From: Candidatus Aenigmatarchaeota archaeon | Lineage (GTDB): Archaea > Aenigmatarchaeota > Aenigmatarchaeia > QMZP01 > QMZT01 | DNA length: 64,000 nucleotides | Direction of reading: 5' to 3' | NCBI GenBank assembly: GCA_026397315.1 | Contig: JAPLVC010000007.1 | Span: 32,001-96,000 of the forward strand | Shown here: positions 26,424 through 35,889 of the stretch, one piece after another | Position numbering within the stretch: the first letter of the stretch is position 1 | How the letters are laid out: each line of letters begins with the position of its first letter | Notes under the pieces: generated by a model | Seen by the model: the letters and a program-made list of their open reading frames with translations, nothing else | What the model was told of the DNA's origin: nothing | Databases searched by the model: none | Position numbers and translations under genes: made by a program

Positions 26424-27335
26424 ATGGACAGCGTAAAGGATTATAATATCGAAGGCGCGGATTTCGGCAAGCTCGTGAAGCAGATGCGTTTCGCTGGTTT
26501 CCAGGCGACGCATCTCGCCGAAGGAGTCGAAATAATCAGGCTCATGCGCAAGGATAAGGCGACGATATTCCTGACGTTTACGGCAAACATGGTCGCCAGC
26601 GGGCTTCGCAGTCTGTTCGCGCGACTCTGCGAGAAGAAAATGGTCGACGTCATAATAACGACGGGCGGCGCGATAGAGCACGATTTCATCCGTTCGTTCA
26701 GGCCTTACCTGCTCGGCGACTTCAACATGGACGACGTGCAGCTGCATAAAAAGGGAATGAACAGGATAGGCAACATCATCGTCCCGACGGAGCGCTACGT
26801 CTTCCTCGAGAAGAAGCTCCAGCCGCTTTTCGCGAAAATGTACAAGCACAAGAAATCAACCAGCCCGAGCGAGATAGCAAGGCGTTTGGGAACAATGACC
26901 AAAGACAAGAACTCGTTCCTTTACTGGGCTGCTAAAAACAGCATCCCGATTTTCTCGCCAGGCATCACGGATTCTGCAATCGGACTCCAGACGTTCTTCT
27001 TCAAGCAGGACCATCCGGACTTCGCCATCGACGTCACGGGCGACATGAAAGCGCTAGCGGACATAACGCTCAACGCGAAGAAGACGGGCGGCATAATCCT
27101 TGGCGGAGGCATATCGAAGCACCACGCTCTCGGCGCGAACCTGATGCGCGGCGGCCTCGACTACGCCGTTTACGTAACGACTTCATCGCCCTGGGACGGC
27201 TCGCTTTCCGGCGCGCGGACTAACGAAGCTGTCTCATGGGGCAAGATAAAGAGCGGCAAAGCCGCCAGGAATCACGTGACCATCGATGGCGACGCGACGA
27301 TAATTTTCCCTCTGCTGATTCACGAGTTGATTTGA
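26424..27335 (+). CDS. dys: Deoxyhypusine synthase
   Basis: GFQA, TANMVASGLR, NRIGN, GGGISKHH, DGSLSGA, EAVSWGK. Confidence 0.95.
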   Translation: MDSVKDYNIEGADFGKLVKQMRFAGFQATHLAEGVEIIRLMRKDKATIFLTFTANMVASGLRSLFARLCEKKMVDVIITTGGAIEHDFIRSFRPYLLGDFNMDDVQLHKKGMNRIGNIIVPTERYVFLEKKLQPLFAKMYKHKKSTSPSEIARRLGTMTKDKNSFLYWAAKNSIPIFSPGITDSAIGLQTFFFKQDHPDFAIDVTGDMKALADITLNAKKTGGIILGGGISKHHALGANLMRGGLDYAVYVTTSSPWDGSLSGARTNEAVSWGKIKSGKAARNHVTIDGDATIIFPLLIHELI

Positions 27336-27354
27336 TCGGACTCTGGTTGTTTGT

Positions 27355-27891
27355 ATGCTGGTTATTCTGCTCGCGGCTCTGGCCGCAGGTTTTCTGACGA
27401 AGTTCACCGACCTGATAGTAGACAAGGACATAAAGGCAGACAAGCGCATCGCTTACGTCACCGGACCGCTTTACGGCCTGGCCATCGCATACGTGATGAC
27501 AACCGAACCATCGCTAGCTCCGCTAGGGGTTGCCCTGACACTCGCAGTAATTATAACGCGCAAGATAGACAGACTTCCTCATACGCTGGGTATAGCCGCG
27601 CTGGCCGCAGGCCTGGTCGCGATGGGCTTCCACGGCGCGGACGTTTTACAAGTAGCGGTATTCCTGCTCGCAGGCATCGGCGATGAAATAGGCAACAGCC
27701 TTGCGGACAAGGGAAAAATCAAAGGCATACCGGCGAAGCTGCTCAAGTCGAGACTCATGTTCATCGAGCCCGTCGCTTTCGCCGTCTCGCTTCTGACAGG
27801 CCAGTGGATAATATTCTCGGGCATCGTATGCTTCGACGCTGCTTACCAGATGACGACAAGGTTCGCCAGAAAGAGCAAGCAGCTTAAATAG
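27355..27891 (+). CDS. Conserved archaeal membrane protein
   Basis: Multi-TM; KID..H and DEIGN motifs. Confidence 0.7.
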   Translation: MLVILLAALAAGFLTKFTDLIVDKDIKADKRIAYVTGPLYGLAIAYVMTTEPSLAPLGVALTLAVIITRKIDRLPHTLGIAALAAGLVAMGFHGADVLQVAVFLLAGIGDEIGNSLADKGKIKGIPAKLLKSRLMFIEPVAFAVSLLTGQWIIFSGIVCFDAAYQMTTRFARKSKQLK

Positions 27892-27957
27892 ACGCGCGCA
27901 CATTTAACTAAATTCAGCCAATTATTAACTGTTCCGATTCGTAATGATGTGTTTTGC

Positions 27958-29208
27958 ATGATTGATATACGTTTCCTCGGTGGTTGCAGGGAAGTAGGCA
28001 GGATGGGCATGCTCGTCGATACGGGAGCCGAAAAATTCCTGTGGGAATACGGCATAAACGTGGAGAACTGGGGCAAGCCCATAAAGCCGGAGATAAACTT
28101 CGACGGAGTTTTCGTCTCGCACGCGCATCTAGACCACTCCGGGCTTCTGCCGCAGATATACAGGGAGGGATACGAGGGCATGCTCTACAGTGACCCTACG
28201 ACCATCGACCTGCTATCGATACTGCTCCGCGACTCGCTGAAGATACAAAAGAGCGAATGCAACGACATCGATTTTTTCATGGAAGACATAAAGCACCTCG
28301 AGCGCAACGCATCGTTCCTGAAGGCAGGCGAGACGCAGGACTTCACGCTTTCCAACGTGAGCTTCCACAACGCCGGCCACATTCCCGGGAGCGTCACAAC
28401 TCTTCTCGAGAGCCGTGGGAAGCGCGTCCTCTTCACGGGCGACATAAAGTTCCAGGGAACCCAGCTCATGAACGGCGCTGACACCAATTTCCAAAACATA
28501 GACGTGCTCATCTCGGAATCGACTTACTCCTACACGAACCATCCCGACAGGACCGTCATAGAGAACGGTCTTAGAAAAACGGTGCAGAGAACCATATACG
28601 GCGGCGGCGTGTGCCTGATACCGGCGTTCGCTGTTGGCAGGACGCAGGAGATACTGCTCAACCTTAGCGACCTCGGCGTCCCAATATATCTGGACGGCAT
28701 GGGTGTGCGCGCGACTGAAGCGATACTGCGCCACGCGAAAAGCATCAAGGATTACAAAAAGCTGAGCAACGCGTTCTCGCGTGCCCACAAGGTGACGAGA
28801 GGCAGCGAACGCGACAGGATAATAGAAAAGCCGTGCGCCATCATCACGACAGCAGGCATGCTCAACGGCGGCCCGATACTGAGCTACCTTTCGAAACTGC
28901 ATGGCAGGGAGGACTGCTCGCTCGTCATGACCGGATACCAGGTGCCCGGCACGGGCGGAAGGAATCTCATGGAAACCGGCAGGTTCGTGAGCGGCGAAAT
29001 CGACGTGAGGCCGAGGATGCGCATAGAGTTCCTTGACTTCTCGGCTCACACGGACCACGACCATCTCATAGAATTTTACAAAAAGGTGAGGCCGAAGAAA
29101 ATCGTCCTCGTGCACGGCGAGAAGACCGAGGAGTTCGCGAAAGAGCTGAACGGCATGGGCTTCAACGCGGTCGCGCCCAAGAACGGCGACACTCTCAGGA
29201 TAGACTGA
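27958..29208 (+). CDS. Metallo-beta-lactamase/beta-CASP RNase (aCPSF-like)
   Basis: SHAHLDHSG, AGHIPG, TGD, ESTY, FAVGRTQE, FSAH, VHGE. Confidence 0.92.
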   Translation: MIDIRFLGGCREVGRMGMLVDTGAEKFLWEYGINVENWGKPIKPEINFDGVFVSHAHLDHSGLLPQIYREGYEGMLYSDPTTIDLLSILLRDSLKIQKSECNDIDFFMEDIKHLERNASFLKAGETQDFTLSNVSFHNAGHIPGSVTTLLESRGKRVLFTGDIKFQGTQLMNGADTNFQNIDVLISESTYSYTNHPDRTVIENGLRKTVQRTIYGGGVCLIPAFAVGRTQEILLNLSDLGVPIYLDGMGVRATEAILRHAKSIKDYKKLSNAFSRAHKVTRGSERDRIIEKPCAIITTAGMLNGGPILSYLSKLHGREDCSLVMTGYQVPGTGGRNLMETGRFVSGEIDVRPRMRIEFLDFSAHTDHDHLIEFYKKVRPKKIVLVHGEKTEEFAKELNGMGFNAVAPKNGDTLRID

Positions 29209-29213
29209 TCACT

Positions 29214-29690
29214 TTACGAAGGATTCGGCACAATAAGTTCTTCAGAGCCGAATTGTTCTTCCCCAACAAGGAAATCGTGTGGGAAGTCTCCGCGTGAAAT
29301 TTTTTTCATCAAATATTCTATGGCGCAGGTTGCATGGGCTTCTGCGAAAGGCGGGGATTGCATGTCCGGATATTTAATGTTTTTTAAAATGTTTTCGGCA
29401 ATTTCCCTTTCGTGTTTTTTCACGAAGGGAATCAGTTTTTCCGCATTTTTCTTGTTGAAACCCAAATCATTTCTTACAGAAAATCCTTGAATCACTTTGA
29501 CCGTGTGCTCCAAGAGTTTTGATATATAAACAGCGTCTGCCTCATTTTTAATCAATGGCAGTTCATTGCCTAGAACGAAAAAACTGTAAAAATCAGCGCA
29601 AGTGGGCGGGCCTGCATATGCCTTGTTCGAACAAAATGCTATCTTATATTTTTCGTTCCATCGGCACAGTTTGCAATAATCTGATAGCAT
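29214..29690 (-). CDS. Hypothetical protein (lower GC)
   Basis: 158-aa ORF with N-terminal CxxC..C..C. Confidence 0.6.
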   Translation of the reverse strand: MLSDYCKLCRWNEKYKIAFCSNKAYAGPPTCADFYSFFVLGNELPLIKNEADAVYISKLLEHTVKVIQGFSVRNDLGFNKKNAEKLIPFVKKHEREIAENILKNIKYPDMQSPPFAEAHATCAIEYLMKKISRGDFPHDFLVGEEQFGSEELIVPNPS

Positions 29691-29790
29691 AATTCATCAC
29701 TTAGTTTACTGTGAAATAGATACGAAATTAACTTTAAATTGACATGGTTTTGCATCGGGCTATTTAATTTCGAGCGGGCCAATATTAAAC

Positions 29791-30834
29791 ATGATTGTAA
29801 TTCCTGGTGAGTATGGCAGCGGGTCGGGAACGATAGTCAGGCTCGCAACCGCATTTTCTGCGCTAACCGGAAAGCCGATAAAAATAACCGACATACGCGC
29901 GAAGCGTCCGAACCCGGGCCTGCGCCACCAGCATATCGAAGCGCTGAGGGCGATAGCGAAACTGAGCGGCGGAAAATTGAAAGGCGATGAAGTCGGCTCA
30001 AAGGAAATAGAGTTCACGCCAAAGAAAGTGAAGGGCGGAACTATTGACGTGGCGATAGAGACTGCCGGCTCCATAGGCCTGCTTGCTTATGCTGTCATGA
30101 TTCCAGCTCTTTGCGCTTCCGGGAAAACGATTCTCAGGATAAAGGGCGGGTCCACCGCTAGTTTATGGGCGCCGCCGGTCTACTACATGGAAAACGTGCT
30201 GTTTCCGACGCTCGCGAAGATGGGAATCGACGCGAAATTCACCATAAACATGCATGGTTTTTTCCCCAAAGGCGGAGCAGACGTCGTGTTCGAGATAAGC
30301 CCCGCGAAGAAAGTCGCTCCCATAGTCATGAAGGAAGCCGGAGACGTCGAAACGATAACAGGCTTATCTATCGCATCGAATGACCTGAAATCCAGGAACG
30401 TAGCCGAACGGCAAATCGCCGGCTACCGCAGGATAATAAGGAAGGAGAAAGGCGTCGACATAAAACCGTTATACGTTAACGCCGCTTCGACCGGCTCGGC
30501 TTTCGTTGTCTGGGCCAAAACGACGACCGGATGCATTCTGTCGGGAGACCACGTGGGCGAAGAGAAGAAGCCTGCCGAAGTCGCCGGAGAAGAAGCGGCA
30601 TTCAAGCTGAAAGAAGAGATGGATTACAAATCGACCGTGGGCTTCCAGCTCGCGGACCAGCTCATTCCCTTCATGGCGCTCGCGTCCGGCAAATCAGAAA
30701 TTCTCGTGCCGGAGCTTACGGATCACGTGAAGACGAACATATGGCTTTGCGAAAAGTTCCTCGGCTCGAAATTCGTCACCAAAGAGAACGGCGAGAATTT
30801 CAGGGTTTCCTGTTCCGGCCGCGCGTCAAAATAA
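29791..30834 (+). CDS. rtcA: RNA 3'-terminal phosphate cyclase
   Basis: IRAKRPNPGLRHQH, TAGSI, GFFPKGG, LADQL, TDHVKTN. Confidence 0.92.
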   Translation: MIVIPGEYGSGSGTIVRLATAFSALTGKPIKITDIRAKRPNPGLRHQHIEALRAIAKLSGGKLKGDEVGSKEIEFTPKKVKGGTIDVAIETAGSIGLLAYAVMIPALCASGKTILRIKGGSTASLWAPPVYYMENVLFPTLAKMGIDAKFTINMHGFFPKGGADVVFEISPAKKVAPIVMKEAGDVETITGLSIASNDLKSRNVAERQIAGYRRIIRKEKGVDIKPLYVNAASTGSAFVVWAKTTTGCILSGDHVGEEKKPAEVAGEEAAFKLKEEMDYKSTVGFQLADQLIPFMALASGKSEILVPELTDHVKTNIWLCEKFLGSKFVTKENGENFRVSCSGRASK

Positions 30835-31408
30835 AAATAACCGCGGCTAGAGCTAGCGTCACGGTAAAGCTTTCTACGGCCAGAATGTTTTTGTATGTGT
30901 CAGGCACCCTGGTCAACGTGCCTAGGAAATAATCGAAAAAATTGTTCACCAGCAATATCGCCATCACAATGAGCGCGTGTTTTATTTTCGGCCTCATTTG
31001 GGGGATGAGCGTCACGCCTTCGACGACCATGCCCAGGTGCAGGAAGACGTTGATTACGCCTATGAACGGGTCGAGCGGGTCCGGCGACGTGACGTAGCTT
31101 TTCCAGTAAAGCGCTATCGCCGCCACGGTCCAGAGGCCGTATTCGATGAGATACGCTCCGGCAAGGCATTTCAGGGATTCCGGCGCTTTACGACGGAAAT
31201 AGAAAAGCGCGCACACTATCGCGATCATCAGCACCGAAAGCGGCGAATCTATGATGATTATCCAGAGCGACGGATTCGAATTCATGAGCTGCGGCCAGTA
31301 AAACCACAGACCGACGAAAAAGCCGAGGACGTTGGCGAACACGAGAAATGCTAGCGCACGCTTGTCACTGAAGACTAACTCTGAAAAACGCGAAAGCTTC
31401 TGCATCAT
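30800..31408 (-). CDS. DUF1405-like membrane protein
   Basis: WFYWPQL, IIDSP, YGLWT, HLGM..E, NNFFDY. Confidence 0.75.
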   Translation of the reverse strand: MMQKLSRFSELVFSDKRALAFLVFANVLGFFVGLWFYWPQLMNSNPSLWIIIIDSPLSVLMIAIVCALFYFRRKAPESLKCLAGAYLIEYGLWTVAAIALYWKSYVTSPDPLDPFIGVINVFLHLGMVVEGVTLIPQMRPKIKHALIVMAILLVNNFFDYFLGTLTRVPDTYKNILAVESFTVTLALAAVIFILTRGRNRKP

Positions 31409-31908
31409 GCCTTACCTATGTCCTTTATAGGGACGCCGCCGACCAGCGCGCCGGGTGGAACGCTCCTGTTGACCAGCGAGTATGCTGCAATCTTCGCATC
31501 GTCGCCTATTTCGACGCCCGCGAGAATCATGGTGAGCGAGCCGACAAGGACGTTGCTGCCTATCTTTACCCGGCCTTTCTTGTACTGATTGTGGTGGAAC
31601 TCGTGAGTGACTATGGTCGTGAAAGAGCCTATGGTGCAGTTGTCGCCTATTTCTATCATCTCCGGGAAGAAAATGTCGAAATTCGTGCCGTATATGCGCA
31701 CGTTCCTGCCTATCTTGATGCCGGCCTTCCTGTAGAGCCTGTTCTTGAGCCTGATGTCGGGCATGTACTTGCACGCGGTTATTATTATGAAGTTGCGGAG
31801 AACACGAACGGGATTGCGTATCTTGCCCCACTCGCTCAGCGACAATCCCTCTTCAGGGAAGCGGAAGCATGAAATCATTCTTTTCTTGTATTTGTCCTCT
31901 TCTGCCAT
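31405..31908 (-). CDS. Hexapeptide-repeat acyltransferase
   Basis: GIKIG, IEIGDNCTIG, VKIGSNVLVG, VGGVP. Confidence 0.88.
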   Translation of the reverse strand: MAEEDKYKKRMISCFRFPEEGLSLSEWGKIRNPVRVLRNFIIITACKYMPDIRLKNRLYRKAGIKIGRNVRIYGTNFDIFFPEMIEIGDNCTIGSFTTIVTHEFHHNQYKKGRVKIGSNVLVGSLTMILAGVEIGDDAKIAAYSLVNRSVPPGALVGGVPIKDIGKA

Positions 31909-32126
31909 AGTACTTTACCTTCCATGCGCACTTCAACAATCCTGTGGTTCGGTATGTGAGTCTCGCGGCCGTTATCTTTATAGTGGAAGTGCGACCTTTT
32001 TAATTCCGTCACGTTCGCGCCGGATACCGTCTTCACGTCGCCGGGCGCGCCCCTATGGACGAACGTTATTTCCGCCTTCGCGAGCGCGCCTGTCCACTTG
32101 AGCCTGTTGAGCGTCTCGAAGGCCAT
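31875..32126 (-). CDS. DUF504 / RNA-repair domain protein
   Basis: LNRLKW, FVHRGAP, IPNHRI. Confidence 0.85.
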   Translation of the reverse strand: MAFETLNRLKWTGALAKAEITFVHRGAPGDVKTVSGANVTELKRSHFHYKDNGRETHIPNHRIVEVRMEGKVLWQKRTNTRKE

Positions 32127-32164
32127 GTTTATTTTTGTCCCGGGGAATTAAATCCTTGGGAGCG

Positions 32165-32290
32165 TCAGAACTCGAAATAAACGCTGAGAGCGTCGCTCTT
32201 GCCGCATCTCGGGCATGCGCTGGCGGGCTTGAAAACTATGCCGCACTTGTTGCACATCCTCTTCTCGACCAACGCTTTTTCCCGGCTCAT
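32165..32290 (-). CDS. Small zinc-ribbon (CPxCG-type) protein, 41 aa (not in ORF track)
   Basis: MSREKALVEKRMCNKCGIVFKPASACPRCGKSDALSVYFEF. Confidence 0.65.
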   Translation of the reverse strand: MSREKALVEKRMCNKCGIVFKPASACPRCGKSDALSVYFEF

Positions 32291-32330
32291 GAAAACAATC
32301 CTTTATTTCTTTGCGCGCCGGCTTAAAAAA

Positions 32331-33044
32331 TCATTCCTCGTCTTTGATGACTTTTATTGCGAGCGTGCCGAGGTCTATGGAAATTATTTTCGCGTTCCCC
32401 GGGTTGACGCACAGCGTGCGCCCTATCTTCTGCTTCATGCTTTTCGAAACTCCCGGCGACTCGTGGATGTGGCCGTGCAGCGTCAGCATCGGCTGCGCGT
32501 CCTCGATGAACCTGCGTATAGCTTCGCTGCCTTTATGCTCGCCGTTGTGGAGCATGTCCAGCTTCGTCCCCAGCGGCGGCGCGTGGAAGACGAATATCAT
32601 CTTTTCCATATCGAGCCTGGATGACATCGCCTTCAGCTCCGTGTATATTTCCTCTTCGGTTTTCTCCCAGTCTTTCAGCAGGAACGGCGTGGGATTTATG
32701 TAAGGATATCCTGCGATGGTCCATTCTTTATGTCTGTAAGACTTCCTGTGAAGCAGCATCGCCGTCCTGAGCTTGCCTGCCTTTTTCAATATTTTGAAAT
32801 TCGCCTCGAAATCGTCGTTGCCCATCATGATGAAGACGGGCTTCTTGGCCTGCTTCTTGAATTCTTTCAGGCGCGGGGTCAGGTAGAACTGGAGGAAAAA
32901 TGCCTGGCCGCTCGGGTTCACGCCGGAAGTGATGTCGCCGCCGAATACGATGGCGTCTATATCGCTAGCTCTCGCAAGCTCGAACACGCGCTCGTATACC
33001 TTGACGATACCATGGACGTCCGTCACGTAGAGAATTTTCGTCAT
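32331..33044 (-). CDS. Calcineurin-like metallophosphoesterase
   Basis: DVHG, GGD, GNDD, HAPP, HGHIHE, NPG. Confidence 0.9.
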   Translation of the reverse strand: MTKILYVTDVHGIVKVYERVFELARASDIDAIVFGGDITSGVNPSGQAFFLQFYLTPRLKEFKKQAKKPVFIMMGNDDFEANFKILKKAGKLRTAMLLHRKSYRHKEWTIAGYPYINPTPFLLKDWEKTEEEIYTELKAMSSRLDMEKMIFVFHAPPLGTKLDMLHNGEHKGSEAIRRFIEDAQPMLTLHGHIHESPGVSKSMKQKIGRTLCVNPGNAKIISIDLGTLAIKVIKDEE

Positions 33045-33066
33045 AGAATCACAACTGAGATATTAG

Positions 33067-33177
33067 TGGACTCGTCGGGATTTGAACCCGAGGCCTCTTG
33101 GATGCGAACCAAGCGCTCTCTAGCGACTGAAGCAGGCGAACCTGCTTCCATCGAAATTACCACTGAGCTACGAGCCC
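33067..33177 (-). tRNA. tRNA-Ala(CGC) with ~38-nt D-loop intron
   Basis: Acceptor GGGCTCG/CGAGTCC with G3:U70; CTTGG-TTCGCAT-CCAAG; hairpin insert in D-loop at about 33119-33156. Confidence 0.9.
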
Positions 33178-33220
33178 GTGTCAAACATTATCTTATTATT
33201 CAGTATATATAACTTAAATT

Positions 33221-33586
33221 ATGCCCGTTTTCGTAGTCCACGAGCATAACGCTTCGCGCCTCCACTGGGACCTCCGCCTGGAGATGGACGGCGTGCTGAA
33301 ATCGTGGGCCGTTCCGAAGGAGCCGCCGTTGGAAGCGAATGTCAAACGCCTCGCGATACAGGTGGATGACCACGCTCTTTCTTATGGGAAATTCGAAGGT
33401 GTCATTAAAGAAGGGTATGGTGCCGGCACCGTGAAAATCTGGGATAATGGAACGTATGAAATCGTGGACAAGAAACCTGATAAAATCGTTTTCAAGATTA
33501 GCGGCAGGAAGATGCGCGGGGAATACGTCCTGCTGAAATTCAAAAAAGCCGACGAAAAGGAATGGCTGCTTTTCAGGAAAGAATGA
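33221..33586 (+). CDS. Stand-alone LigD-type 3'-phosphoesterase
   Basis: FVVHEH.A.RLHWDLRLE, LKSWAVPK, RLAIQVDDH, YGAGTVKIWD.G.Y. Confidence 0.92.
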   Translation: MPVFVVHEHNASRLHWDLRLEMDGVLKSWAVPKEPPLEANVKRLAIQVDDHALSYGKFEGVIKEGYGAGTVKIWDNGTYEIVDKKPDKIVFKISGRKMRGEYVLLKFKKADEKEWLLFRKE

Positions 33587-33689
33587 CAAAGTTGGTAAAT
33601 ACTTTTTCTAAAAATATCTGTTTTTAAAAAAATTGATTGACTACATGTTTAAACATAGGTTATTATTACTACAATTCCAGAAATCATTA

Positions 33690-34097
33690 ATGACCAAGAT
33701 AATTTATCTCGACACCAACATCTATCTAGATTATTATTTTGATAGACATGGATCTAAAAGAGCATTTGATATAATATTTTTTCGAGCACCAAATTGTGAA
33801 TTCAAAATAGTTGTTTCAGATTGGGTTCTGCGAGAACTTGAACTTAATGGAATTGGTTCAAAAGAAATGAAAACACTTTTCAGTAGAATTTCTGAAAATA
33901 AAAAATTGGTTACAATTTTTACAGAAAAACCAAAGGACATAGACGATGCGAAAAAAATATCATCGGATCATTTTCAAGATCCATTACATGTGATTCTCGC
34001 TAAGAAGGGTGGCGCTGAAATATTAATAACAAGAAATGTACAAGATTTCAACTGTTGTAGGCATCTTTTAGATATCAAGTTTCCTGAAGATATTTGA
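33690..34097 (+). CDS. PIN-domain (VapC-like) nuclease
   Basis: IYLDTNIY, LRE, DPLH, LITRNVQDF. Confidence 0.88.
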   Translation: MTKIIYLDTNIYLDYYFDRHGSKRAFDIIFFRAPNCEFKIVVSDWVLRELELNGIGSKEMKTLFSRISENKKLVTIFTEKPKDIDDAKKISSDHFQDPLHVILAKKGGAEILITRNVQDFNCCRHLLDIKFPEDI

Positions 34098-35240
34098 TGT
34101 ATCTTCCTTCGCAAATTCTTCAGCTATTTTTCTTCTTTCATCTTTCGTAGTCTTCTTCTCTTCAATTATTTTCATCAAAGTCCTGTATTTTTCAAATTCT
34201 TTAAACTCAGTTTCTTTCAATTCATCAACTTTGCACAGATCTCTCAAATAAGAAACGTATTCAATCGCTAACCTTTCATTTATTATGAAATAAATATCAA
34301 GATATGATTTGAGCGTGTTTTTGTCATAACCAATTTTTAAAAGACTTTCAAAAAGATTATATGTGGTTATCATATCCCACACAATTCGCATAGTGTCTAG
34401 TATTTCTGTCCTCAATTCGTTTATTTCATCAGATTTCATAGTTTTTAGCATGTAAATTGTAGTTGAAATAAAATCATTCAATATCTTTGCAGCATTTTCA
34501 GTTTCCTCATTTAATTTAAAATTAAATCCAATCTCCATTAGAATATCTCTTATTTTCAATTTGTTTTCATCATTTAATTCAATAATACCAAAATTTTTCT
34601 CAAATTCAAACTGTCTGAGATAGAGTAAATTTTTAGATTTTATATATTGTCCCTTTCTCATATACACCGAATTGTGATCTTTTTCTTTCTCAACTATTCT
34701 ATTTATGCATTCGTTTATCTCACTCTCATTTTTAACGGACGTGTAACTATAATCCTTTGTTGGGTCATATAATTTTAAGCAAAGTTCACCGAACCTGTAC
34801 CAAACTAATGGTACATCTAGATTACATTCCTGTACTATATCTACAAGTAATTTTTGAACTTGTGTTTTGTTAGGATAATAAGTCGTCTTCTCTTTCCAAG
34901 TTTCTCTAATTTTCATAAAAAGGAAATTTACTAAATTATCTTGTTCCGACTTAATCGGTATTCCGAAAAGCGTTCCTGAATTTTTTTCGGGAGAACTTGT
35001 GCAAGATTTCAAAGTGAAAACTCTTTTGTTTCCTTCTGCTCTCTCAACAGCGATTCCGGATTCTTCTAGCATCTCCAAATATTTGCGCACACTATCCCAT
35101 GTCGTTCCGGTTTCGCCGGCAACTTCATAAATAGATTTGGGGCCTTTTTTCAGGGATTCGATGACAGATTGAACAACTTCGCGGCTGGTCTTCTTGGCAC
35201 TACCCCTGCCAGTTGTCATGTTAATAATATTGGTAACCAT
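34068..35240 (-). CDS. Winged-HTH protein with possible SocA/Panacea(DUF4065)-like central domain
   Basis: SIYEVAGETGTTWDSVRKYLEML HTH; KTQVQKLL...WYRFG; very AT-rich. Confidence 0.65.
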   Translation of the reverse strand: MVTNIINMTTGRGSAKKTSREVVQSVIESLKKGPKSIYEVAGETGTTWDSVRKYLEMLEESGIAVERAEGNKRVFTLKSCTSSPEKNSGTLFGIPIKSEQDNLVNFLFMKIRETWKEKTTYYPNKTQVQKLLVDIVQECNLDVPLVWYRFGELCLKLYDPTKDYSYTSVKNESEINECINRIVEKEKDHNSVYMRKGQYIKSKNLLYLRQFEFEKNFGIIELNDENKLKIRDILMEIGFNFKLNEETENAAKILNDFISTTIYMLKTMKSDEINELRTEILDTMRIVWDMITTYNLFESLLKIGYDKNTLKSYLDIYFIINERLAIEYVSYLRDLCKVDELKETEFKEFEKYRTLMKIIEEKKTTKDERRKIAEEFAKEDTSNIFRKLDI

Positions 35241-35356
35241 ATTTAAATATCACCATATCAGCATAGACTAATTTTAAATAAGTAGAATGAATAAAAGCTT
35301 TATATACTTAATTGCAAATACTATATAGTTATTTGAGTATAGTAATGGAGGTAAAA

Positions 35357-35629
35357 ATGAGAAGAATCGTTAAAAGAGTAGTGGATGGCGATACTTTGGA
35401 AGTTAATCGTAATATAAATGGGACTAGATTTGTAAGACTCGCCAATGTAAACGCACCCGAAAGGCATCAATTTGGTGGAAGAACAGCGACAAAAACATTA
35501 ACCGGCCTTGTAGGCGGTAGATCGATAACACTAACTCCTGTAGCAAGGGACGTTTATGGAAGAGTAGTCGCCGAAGTCAGATGTGGAAGACAAAGTATCA
35601 ATCGTAAAATGAAGAAAAGAGGATATTAA
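35357..35629 (+). CDS. Thermonuclease (SNase-like) protein
   Basis: VKRVVDGDT, VRLANVNAPE, DVYGRVVA; SD GGAGGT. Confidence 0.88.
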   Translation: MRRIVKRVVDGDTLEVNRNINGTRFVRLANVNAPERHQFGGRTATKTLTGLVGGRSITLTPVARDVYGRVVAEVRCGRQSINRKMKKRGY

Positions 35630-35651
35630 AAATATATCAAGGGAGGAAATC

Positions 35652-35804
35652 ATGATAAAAATAATCGCTATAGCAACAGGACTCGCAGCTGTACTTGGAC
35701 TTGGTAGCATTCTTCTTTCAAGTCTAGGCAATAATACTTGGCCTGTATTTTTGTTTGCAGCAATATTTGTTTTTTTAATCGGTATACTCGTTAAAAAAAT
35801 ATAA
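35652..35804 (+). CDS. Small two-TM membrane protein (50 aa; not in ORF track)
   Basis: SD GGAGG; MIKIIAIATGLAAVLGLGSILL...LFAAIFVFLIGILVKKI. Confidence 0.55.
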   Translation: MIKIIAIATGLAAVLGLGSILLSSLGNNTWPVFLFAAIFVFLIGILVKKI

Positions 35805-35889
35805 TAAGATAAAAAACACCCATTGAAAAACATTTTGTTAGATTTGATAATTAAATCGTATTTTAACCAGAACGACAAAATATTTTCTT

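Noticed and set aside
30640-30740. Catalytically dead RtcA (FQLADQ lacks His)
   Set aside because: The adenylated His is the one in TDHVKTN, which is present.
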